A stretch of DNA of 32,000 bases from Ignicoccus hospitalis KIN4/I (GTDB lineage Archaea; Thermoproteota; Thermoprotei_A; Sulfolobales; Ignicoccaceae). Location: assembly GCF_000017945.1 (NCBI RefSeq), contig NC_009776.1, positions 270,001-302,000 on the forward strand. Direction: 5' to 3'. Made by a program: the position numbers and the translations under genes. Of the stretch, positions 15,517-22,734 are shown in pieces. The notes below the pieces were generated by a model, which worked only from the letters and a program-made list of their open reading frames with translations, had not been told where the DNA came from and did no database searches. Position 1 is the first letter of the stretch, and every line of letters starts with the position of its first letter.

Positions 15517-18500
15517 ATGACGTGTAATAATTTAATAAAGAAAAAGATGGTTGCACTGCTCCACGACACGCCGGAAAAGGCGTGGTTAATGTACGTCAAG
15601 AAGAAACACGAAGAATACGCTAAGGAAAGGATAGGGGACGTCCTTGGAGAGGAATACTTAGACTACTTCAAAGACGTTAAAGCGTACGACGTAATTTCCT
15701 CTACTATAGATAGGTGGGTCGTGCCCTCCCGGATGAACATCGATCGCGTGATTAGGCTGATCAACCCCTTCGACCCCAACTTCTTCTATGAGATCGACTT
15801 GGGGCAAATAAGTAAGGAAAAGATAGAGGATTACTGGAACAAGTTGAAGACGTGTTTGAGCAAGGTAAGTGGTGACAGAGAGAGGTACCACGCCCAGTAC
15901 GTCCTCATGGAGCTGCTGTGGTACAAGACAGTAAAGGTCCCCCTCCCCGCCGACACCAGGTTTCCTACCCACACAGTCTTCGACCACGTATACGCTACCG
16001 CTTCCATGATTAACATCTATAATAACGATAGCAAGAAGTTCTCCGGCTTCATAGTGGGAATAGACATACCGGGCATTCAGAGCTTCATAAGCGGGGGACG
16101 GAGGCCCGGGGACTGGTGGATCAGGAGCTGGTTGATCTCCGCGACCGTGTGGTACTTAATAAAAGAGCTCGTCTGGAACCTCGGGCCGGACGTACTGTTA
16201 AGCCCCAGCGCGCGCTACAACCCCTTCTACTACGCAACGGTAGCGCATAGAGTACAAGCGGTCAGAGAGTGTTTGGACGAGAACCTCACCTCGCCCGAAC
16301 AGCCCTTGATGCCCGCCACAGTTACCTTGCTCCTCCCCGCCTGCAGCATAGAGCTTATGAGGTCTGAACTGGTCGAGAAGGGCTCGCTGAAGGAAGGCGA
16401 AGGAGTTTCCGACCCCTCCGTGATTATAAGCCGGTATTTCAAGGAGAGGTTGAAGGAGGCTTGGAAGAACGTCATTGAAGATATACAGACCCGGTTGCGG
16501 AGCACTGCCGATAATCTAATAAAAACGCTCGAAAAGGTCAGGGTATGTACCGGCACGTGTACCGACGTAGCGTCTGCCGACGATCTTATAGAGAGAATGA
16601 TAGAAATAATAAAGCATGCGGAGAGAGCTCCCTTCGACGTTAAAACTGTAGTTATAAACCTAGAAGAGGCCTTTGAGGAATTCGTCAAAGAGTTCAGAAG
16701 GATAGAAGGGAAAATGAGAGCTGAATTGGAGCAACTTATAAGCTCCGAAGGCTTAGCCGTAGGAAAGGACGTATTCCCCTACTCCAAGGACCTTAGCGAC
16801 GTGATGAGTGACTTAGAGAAGAAGCTGTTCTTCCACTGGCTAGTTACCAAGAAGTATCCCGAAGAGTTCCGCAAAGCGAAGGCCGTCCGCTTAGACCCGC
16901 TGCTCCTGGACGGTTGGACGCTAGAGGTCACTAAAGCTAGGTATGAGAGCTGTAAGGACAAGTCCGCGCCCATGTGTACTTGTGGCAGGCCCGCGGCTGT
17001 TCATAACCCGTCTGAGGCCTCGAGCCCCCTACTTAGGTCGCACGAGGCCCTCTGTCCTTACTGTTTGATCTTACGGTTGTTACAATATTACACCGATGCG
17101 TTGACCTCCATAGTGGAAGCCGACCACGTCAAGGCTCCAAAGGTCGTAATGTCCACGTTGGCAGCCTTGCCGGAGCTGGTCAAGTGGCTTTCCGAGTCTG
17201 GAGGAGCGGTTGAGATAATGGATGAAAATGGAAATAATGTGGGGTTGCCGAAGGACCAGCTCTTAGAGAGCTTGACGAGGAGCCTCAAGGAATATAGCTC
17301 TTTCGACTTCTATCAGAATAAGTATTCCCGTTTTAGCTTGGAGGAGGTCTTGGAAGAGCTGCAGAAAAACGAGACGGTGGAGAGACTCATAAGGGACGAT
17401 TCTAAGAACTTGTACATACGAGTTCTTGTACGTAAGGACAGAGACTCGAGCAAGTTGCTCTCTCTGAACAAGTACATAGCTATGGTAAAAGCTGACGCGG
17501 ACAACATGGGTAACCTCAAAGGGGGCAGGCTCGGTTACGATGCCGAAGCTTACTTTGAAACGATATATAGACAAGCCGGACCTCGGCGAGGGGTCGGTCA
17601 AGAGGAGAAGCTGTATAAACTTGCTGGCTCGTTAGTAAGGAGCGTAATAGAAAGGCTACATGAAATATATCCGAAAGAGGTCTACGGGGAGAACGACTCG
17701 TCCTTGCCCACAGTCTTGGTCACGCCCACATACTTGTTCCAACTCTCTTACTCCTTAATGACGGAAGCGCTAGTAGATAAGGAGATAGTAGAAAAGAATT
17801 ACGGCCTATTAGTGTTTGCCGGAGGGGACGACCTCCTAGCCTTGGTTCCGGCGAGAAGCGTCTCGAGGGGTTCGGGACGCGCGGAACCCCTCGGAGGTCT
17901 AGAGGAATTCCTCTCTCGGGAGTTGCTAGAAATTGTGAAGGAGTTCTACTTCTCCCCCGCGCTCTGGGTTTGGTGGTTGACCCGGCTCAACCACTGGGGA
18001 CTGCTCCGCAGTCCCGTCGGCTTCCGATATACAGACAACTTCTTCGCCCCGGCCTTGTTGGCATACGGGAGGAGCTACGGAATAGCAATAAGGCACTACC
18101 GCGACCCGCTGGCCAAGGTCTTTGAGGACGCGAGCGAACTGGAAGAAAGCGCGAAGAACGTATCTAAAAAGAAGGACGGTGTAGGAGTGAGCTACGGGCG
18201 CTTAGGGGCGAGGGGGGTCGCTCTGTCGAACTCGCTGGGCGTCGAAGACAAGGGGGACCTAAAGGAACCCGCTTCATTGGGTCCCATTATAGCCAAACTC
18301 TCATCCTTCCATCGCCGCGGGCTGAGCAATAATTTCTACTATGATATCGTGAGGGAGTTGCAGAAGTACTTTGGTCACGACGCGAAACACGAGTGGGCTG
18401 CAGCGAAAGGGCTCACCACACCCATCATAATATTGTTGAAATATATAATTAGTAGGAACGTGGCAGACGAGGAGAAGTATTCGCAAAACCTAAAGAAGGA

Positions 18501-18594
18501 GGTCGAGGAAGTCTTAGAGTTCTTGAAGCTCACAAATGAGTATATTTTTGATGTGTTGGAGTTCGGCTTTGCGTGGCACAAGGCCGTGAGGTGA
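15517..18594 (+). CDS. cas10: Cas10 large subunit, Cmr2-type
   Basis: 1025-aa ORF. It carries ALLHDTPEKAW (HD at 15562-15567), ADTRFPTHTVFDH, IPGIQSFISGGRRPGDWWIRSWLIS, the Zn module CTCG...CPYC and KADADNMG (17494-17502). The cyclase motif GGDD is at 17821-17832, followed by SYGIAIRHYRDPL. Confidence 0.9.
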   Translation: MTCNNLIKKKMVALLHDTPEKAWLMYVKKKHEEYAKERIGDVLGEEYLDYFKDVKAYDVISSTIDRWVVPSRMNIDRVIRLINPFDPNFFYEIDLGQISKEKIEDYWNKLKTCLSKVSGDRERYHAQYVLMELLWYKTVKVPLPADTRFPTHTVFDHVYATASMINIYNNDSKKFSGFIVGIDIPGIQSFISGGRRPGDWWIRSWLISATVWYLIKELVWNLGPDVLLSPSARYNPFYYATVAHRVQAVRECLDENLTSPEQPLMPATVTLLLPACSIELMRSELVEKGSLKEGEGVSDPSVIISRYFKERLKEAWKNVIEDIQTRLRSTADNLIKTLEKVRVCTGTCTDVASADDLIERMIEIIKHAERAPFDVKTVVINLEEAFEEFVKEFRRIEGKMRAELEQLISSEGLAVGKDVFPYSKDLSDVMSDLEKKLFFHWLVTKKYPEEFRKAKAVRLDPLLLDGWTLEVTKARYESCKDKSAPMCTCGRPAAVHNPSEASSPLLRSHEALCPYCLILRLLQYYTDALTSIVEADHVKAPKVVMSTLAALPELVKWLSESGGAVEIMDENGNNVGLPKDQLLESLTRSLKEYSSFDFYQNKYSRFSLEEVLEELQKNETVERLIRDDSKNLYIRVLVRKDRDSSKLLSLNKYIAMVKADADNMGNLKGGRLGYDAEAYFETIYRQAGPRRGVGQEEKLYKLAGSLVRSVIERLHEIYPKEVYGENDSSLPTVLVTPTYLFQLSYSLMTEALVDKEIVEKNYGLLVFAGGDDLLALVPARSVSRGSGRAEPLGGLEEFLSRELLEIVKEFYFSPALWVWWLTRLNHWGLLRSPVGFRYTDNFFAPALLAYGRSYGIAIRHYRDPLAKVFEDASELEESAKNVSKKKDGVGVSYGRLGARGVALSNSLGVEDKGDLKEPASLGPIIAKLSSFHRRGLSNNFYYDIVRELQKYFGHDAKHEWAAAKGLTTPIIILLKYIISRNVADEEKYSQNLKKEVEEVLEFLKLTNEYIFDVLEFGFAWHKAVR

Positions 18595-18600
18595 GCGGCG

Positions 18601-19665
18601 GTGATAGCGATAGAGCCCCTCAGCTTCGTGAGCTTCAGGAAGCCCGGCCCTTTCGGACTGACCCAGCGAGGCCCCCTGTCCACGAGCTCTACGTACTTCG
18701 CGAAGACCACCGCGCTGGTGGGGTTGTTGGCTTACTTGGCCTACTCCAAAGGCTTCGAGTGTGAGGCTGAAGGCCTCTTCGAGGCCACTAAGAAGTGCGT
18801 AGGGCAGTGCTTCAAGGGAAGCTTGCGAGGGCCTTACGTCTTGCACCGAGACTCCTCTTGTTTATACTTCGGCGAGGAGAACTTGTTCAACCTAACGGTT
18901 CTCTTCGAAAAGTGGAACGAAATTAAGACGGCAGTGAAGAAGTACTTAGAGGGGGAAGCGGAGTTAGGGAGGAAGAAAAAGGGAATAATCGATTACTTCA
19001 CGACCCCCTCATACAATGAGGCCCTTGCGGGAGGGAGTAGCCCACAAAAGCGCGGGGTGGGTTGGAGAGAGCTCATCTCCCACCAGTTCTCAAACAAGTT
19101 GTCGAGGTCCAAGAAGATGAGTGAGTTCGTTTTCGTAAGGGAAAGGTTCTACGCTAGGAAAGTGGAGATGTTCTTCGAAGTCGGCGAGGTTGAGCCTCGC
19201 TGCCTCGACGACGCGCTATTGCCCCTGGGGGGCGATGGGGGATTAACGAGAGTTGAAGCCAAGGACGTAAATCCCGTAGAAGAGAAATTAAAGGACTTGT
19301 GGGGCGAGTGCTGGGAAGGTTGCGAGGGGGCTCAATCGGTAGTAGTGGTAATATCTCCTCTGATAATGGGTTCCGAGGGCGATTATAGCGACTACAGAAG
19401 GCCCTTCAAAGAGGTCCTCGACTTCGAAGGCGCGTCTAGAGAGTTGTTGCCCCTCTACGATCGCTACACTATCAAGGCGTATCCCTTAGGCTGGGACTTG
19501 ATGAGGGATTGTCCGCGGCCCTTCGTCCCCGCAGTTGCCCCCGGATCGGCCGTCGTGGGGAAGTTGAAGAAACCGCCGAAGGAAATCTACTGGAAAGGGC
19601 TAGGCCTCTTTAGAGACCTCGGTTTCGGGACGGTGCTCCCTCTACCCTTAGACCCGACCACATGA
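18601..19665 (+). CDS. cmr3: Cmr3-like (Cas5 family) type III subunit
   Basis: 354-aa ORF with a GTG start 6 nt after the cas10 stop. The N-terminal IEPLSFVSFRKPGPF......STSSTYFAKTTALVGLL fits the Cmr3 pattern (Dpl.fR...pf...a.s.fP.p.t..Ga). The C-terminal GLGLFRDLGFG is a Gly-rich RAMP loop. Confidence 0.7.
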   Translation: MIAIEPLSFVSFRKPGPFGLTQRGPLSTSSTYFAKTTALVGLLAYLAYSKGFECEAEGLFEATKKCVGQCFKGSLRGPYVLHRDSSCLYFGEENLFNLTVLFEKWNEIKTAVKKYLEGEAELGRKKKGIIDYFTTPSYNEALAGGSSPQKRGVGWRELISHQFSNKLSRSKKMSEFVFVRERFYARKVEMFFEVGEVEPRCLDDALLPLGGDGGLTRVEAKDVNPVEEKLKDLWGECWEGCEGAQSVVVVISPLIMGSEGDYSDYRRPFKEVLDFEGASRELLPLYDRYTIKAYPLGWDLMRDCPRPFVPAVAPGSAVVGKLKKPPKEIYWKGLGLFRDLGFGTVLPLPLDPTT

Positions 19666-19666
19666 C

Positions 19667-19678
19667 TTTTTTGTTGTT
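19667..19678 (+). terminator. Oligo-T tract, a putative archaeal terminator for the csx1-cmr3 gene string
   Basis: TTTTTTGTTGTT begins 2 nt after the cmr3 stop codon (19663-19665). Confidence 0.35.
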
Positions 19679-19753
19679 CATCATAATCAAAAAGCTCAAG
19701 GAACTTCGAATGATTGAAACGTACCGTCCGGAGAACGCTCCCAACCTTTCCAG

Positions 19754-19765
19754 AAAATTTATTAA
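19754..19765 (+). promoter_or_regulatory. Putative BRE/TATA element for tRNA-Gly
   Basis: AAAATTTATTAA is centred about 35 nt upstream of the mature tRNA 5' end at 19795. Confidence 0.4.
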
Positions 19766-19794
19766 CTGACCTAAGGACCCCTTCCCTGGAGGCT

Positions 19795-19873
19795 GCGGCG
19801 GTCGTCTAGCCTGGACTAGGACGCCGGCCTGCCACGCCGGAGATCCCGGGTTCAAATCCCGGCCGCCGCACCA
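19795..19873 (+). tRNA. tRNA-Gly (anticodon GCC) with encoded CCA
   Basis: I folded the cloverleaf by hand. The acceptor is GCGGCGG/CCGCCGC, the D arm GTCT..GGAC, and the anticodon arm CCGGC-CTGCCAC-GCCGG (anticodon GCC). The T arm is CCGGG-TTCAAAT-CCCGG, the discriminator is A, and CCA is at 19871-19873. Confidence 0.95.
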
Positions 19874-19899
19874 ACCCTCCTCTCTTGAAACCCCCTCAA

Positions 19900-20451
19900 G
19901 AGCGCCCGCCCAGGGGCCGCTACAATTTAACTCCTCTCCGTGGGCCCTCGAGGCACTACCTTGCTCGCGCTGGACTACCTCAAGTCCAAGGGCTTTAAGG
20001 TAATCATACCGGAGCTCGGGGTGGGAGACAGGGCTTAGGACCTCCAGCAAGCTAACCTTCCTAACCTCCTCCAAGAGTCCCTTCCACGAGGGGACCCCAC
20101 GAGGCCGTAAACGAAGGCCTTCTCAGCCTTGGTGCGCAAGCTGATAGACGGCACCTCCAACAAGTCCTTGGGCACCCTGTAGCCTAGGGCCTTCAGGGCC
20201 AAGGCTGCCTCGAGCTTGTAGGTTACCCCCAATACCTTGTCTATCAAGTCGTTGGGCTGTTGATCGCTGAGGGCGTGGGGCGGTCCTTCTGGCCCGCGCG
20301 ACGTAAGCCTTTGTATGGCAGGCGCGTCGGTACTCTTACACGACCTTCTTCCAATATTACAAATCACCAAACCTTTGTATTTACTCATTTCCTTTTCATC
20401 TTTGCCCACATGGGAACATCCTATATTCGAAAACGCACCATTACTATTCAC
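19900..20451 (-). pseudogene. Possible decayed, frameshifted ORF between tRNA-Gly and the CRISPR leader; function unknown
   Basis: The GC-rich, coding-like stretch NDLIDKVLGVTYKLEAALALKALGYRVPKDLLEVPSISLRTKAEKAFVYGLVG continues in another frame as PSWKGLLEEVRKVSLLEVLSPVSHPELRYDYLKALGLEVVQ. The switch occurs after a G/C homopolymer patch near 20085-20105. The apparent N-terminus lies in AT-rich, non-coding-looking sequence. Confidence 0.25.
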
Positions 20452-20617
20452 TCTCTCAAACCCCCTTATATCTTTTCATGGGAACGCTGAAGATCGTGGA
20501 GGGAAGGGCAGAGGAAAAATTTCTTGAATAAAGGGAAAAGTTTGGGGAATTGTAAACTCGCAGTAGAACGCAATTCTTTTAAGGGAAAGACCTTGGGGCC
20601 TTATATGGAAGGCTTCG

Positions 20618-20976
20618 GTGGAGTCTCAAGAGAGGATAGAAAGGCTCATCTTCGTGATTTGACAAACTATGGTCAAGTCGAGTAGAGTCTCAAAAGAGGA
20701 TAGAAAGTTCTCTAGCTTTACGATGTTTGAGAAGCTGAGGTAGTTGTCGTGTGGAGTCTCAAAAGAGGATAGAAAGGCATTAATTTCTATGTAATATTCC
20801 TCGTTATTCTCCTTGGTGGAGACTCAAGAGAGGATAGAAAGAACAACATCACCTTAAGCAACTTGTCTATATCATCCTGTGGAGTCTCAAGAGAGGATAG
20901 AAAGTTAGTAATTATTGTGACACTCTTTGTTTCAGGGTCTTTTATGAAGAGTAGAGTCTCAAAAGAGGATAGAAAG
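20618..20976 (+). CRISPR. CRISPR array with 6 repeats of 26 nt and 5 spacers (38, 43, 39, 37 and 46 nt)
   Basis: The repeats lie at 20618-20643, 20682-20707, 20751-20776, 20816-20841, 20879-20904 and 20951-20976. The consensus is GTGGAGTCTCAAGAGAGGATAGAAAG. The + orientation is inferred from the 3'-terminal GAAAG handle and from the AT-rich leader on the left. The right flank is only 39 nt from the pyrG stop. Confidence 0.9.
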
Positions 20977-21015
20977 CCTTCACGGAGGGCCATTCGAGCA
21001 ACGGGAGGAACGGGG

Positions 21016-22734
21016 TCAAGAGGAAGCAGAGAACTTGAGGGTCTTCAAGAAGCGCGTGTAGACCGGCGAGGGCTGCAACGGCCTGCTCTTGAACTCGGGG
21101 TGGTACTGGACCCCCCAGAACTCTTGGCCCTCCAGCTCCACCCCCTCCGGCACTCCCTCGCTCCACGCCGATACCCTTAGTCCCGCCTCCTCTAACTTGT
21201 CCAAGTACTTTGGGTTAACGTCGTACCTATGTCTATGCCTTTCTTTAACCAACGTCTTCTTGTAGGCCTCCCAGAGCTTGGTCCCTTTCATTATTATTAC
21301 TGGCTTCGCTCCCAACCTCATGGTGCCGCCCAAGTACTTCAGCTTCCTCTGTTCGTCCAGCAAGGCCACTACGGGGTGGGGGGTGTTGGGGTCTACCTCC
21401 TCGCTGTTCGCGCCCTCCAGGCCGGCCAAGTGCCTAGCTACCTCAACCACCATCATCTGCATCCCGAAGCATATTCCCAAGGTGGGCACACCCCTCTCCC
21501 TTAGCTCCTTTATGACTGCTATCTTCCCCTCCGCCCCCCTCTTCCCGAAGCCGGGCAAGATTATCGCCCCGTCCGCCTCCGCGGCCTCCTCCGGGCTCAG
21601 CTTGCCCCTCTCCACGTCCGTCACCTCCACCCACTTCAGCTTGGGCATGAACCCCGCCTCTACGGCCGAGTGTTTTAAGGACTCTATGATGCTCAAGTAG
21701 CTGTCCTTCAATTTCGTGTACTTACCGACCATAGCTACCGTGGGCCCCTCCGGTAAGGACTTCAACTTGTTAACGAAATCTACCCAATATTCGAGTTCTA
21801 TCTTCCTCTCTTCCAATCCCAATATCTTGGTGAGGTACTTGGGGTACCCCTGCTCCGCCAGCCTTAGGGGCACCTCGTAGACGAACTCCACGTCCGGGTC
21901 GGAGAACACCGCCTCCTCCGGCAAGTTGGAGTAGAGGGCTATCTTCCTCTTGGTCTCGGGCTCCAAGGGCTTGGTGGAGCGTCCGACCACCACGTGGGGC
22001 TGGATGCCTATCCTCCTCAGCTCTTGTACCGAGTGCTGGAGCGGCTTGGTCTTCTGCTCTCCCGTGGTGCTTAGCACCGGCACCAAGGCCACGTGGACGA
22101 AGGCGACGTCGCCCCTCCTCTCCACCCACATCTGGCGGGCGGCCTCCAGGAAGGGGAGCCCCTCTATGTCGCCCACCGTGCCCCCTATCTCTACCACGGC
22201 TACGTCGAAGTCCTTGGCCACTTCGTCTATCATCCTTTTAATTTCGTCCGTCACGTGGGGAATTATTTGGACGGTCTGCCCTAAGTACTCCCCCTTCCTC
22301 TCCTTCTCAATGACGTTCAAGTAGACTTTCCCGGTAGTTATGTTGTTATTCTTGGTCAAGTTCTGATGTAAGAACCTCTCGTAGTGACCCAAGTCCAAGT
22401 CGGTCTCTCCGCCGTCCTCGGTCACGAAGACCTCCCCGTGGGCGTAGGGGTTCATCGTGCTCGCGTCCACGTTCACGTACGGGTCTATCTTTATCGCGGT
22501 GGTCGTGTATCCCATGGACTTGAAAAACAGAGCTGTGGATGCCGTTAGGATACCCTTCCCTAGGCTGGAGAGCACCCCGCCGGTTATGAAAACGAACTTT
22601 GTCAGCTTCAGCCCGCCGCCCCTTCGACTGAGCCCTTTTTTACGGCACCGCTTCGGTGGAGTCCTCCAAGGGGTCGTAGGAGGCCACTTCCTCGTGCTCC
22701 GCCATCTCGTCCGCCAAGTCTCCCACAACCTCAA
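21016..22734 (-). CDS. pyrG: CTP synthase
   Basis: Contains TKFVFITGGVLSSLGKG, the ALR-type synthase domain and the glutamine amidotransferase domain (GICFGMQ, HRHRYDVN). Coordinates are the maximal ORF. The conserved N-terminus begins near 22605-22611, and the upstream extension overlaps the preceding gene. Confidence 0.95.
   Translation of the reverse strand: MRLWETWRTRWRSTRKWPPTTPWRTPPKRCRKKGLSRRGGGLKLTKFVFITGGVLSSLGKGILTASTALFFKSMGYTTTAIKIDPYVNVDASTMNPYAHGEVFVTEDGGETDLDLGHYERFLHQNLTKNNNITTGKVYLNVIEKERKGEYLGQTVQIIPHVTDEIKRMIDEVAKDFDVAVVEIGGTVGDIEGLPFLEAARQMWVERRGDVAFVHVALVPVLSTTGEQKTKPLQHSVQELRRIGIQPHVVVGRSTKPLEPETKRKIALYSNLPEEAVFSDPDVEFVYEVPLRLAEQGYPKYLTKILGLEERKIELEYWVDFVNKLKSLPEGPTVAMVGKYTKLKDSYLSIIESLKHSAVEAGFMPKLKWVEVTDVERGKLSPEEAAEADGAIILPGFGKRGAEGKIAVIKELRERGVPTLGICFGMQMMVVEVARHLAGLEGANSEEVDPNTPHPVVALLDEQRKLKYLGGTMRLGAKPVIIMKGTKLWEAYKKTLVKERHRHRYDVNPKYLDKLEEAGLRVSAWSEGVPEGVELEGQEFWGVQYHPEFKSRPLQPSPVYTRFLKTLKFSASS

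Noticed and set aside
19694-19720. GCTCAAGGAACTTCGAATGATTGAAAC, a sequence ending in GATTGAAAC like many archaeal CRISPR repeats, located between cmr3 and the tRNA.
   Set aside because: It is a single copy. The internal spacing between CTCAAG and GAT is 11 nt, against 4 nt in the local repeat, so it does not align as a repeat unit. It is probably a coincidence.
19610-20074. 154-aa minus-strand ORF overlapping tRNA-Gly and the cmr3 3' end.
   Set aside because: The segment GGRDLNPGSPAWQAGVLVQARRPP is simply the antisense translation of the tRNA. Only the part upstream of the tRNA (above 19900) looks coding, and that part is treated separately as a possible decayed ORF.
20787-21180. ORFs 20787-20993(-) and 20863-21180(+) across the CRISPR array.
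   Set aside because: They contain repeated peptide units (for example FLSSLE) generated by translating the CRISPR repeats, so they are artefacts.
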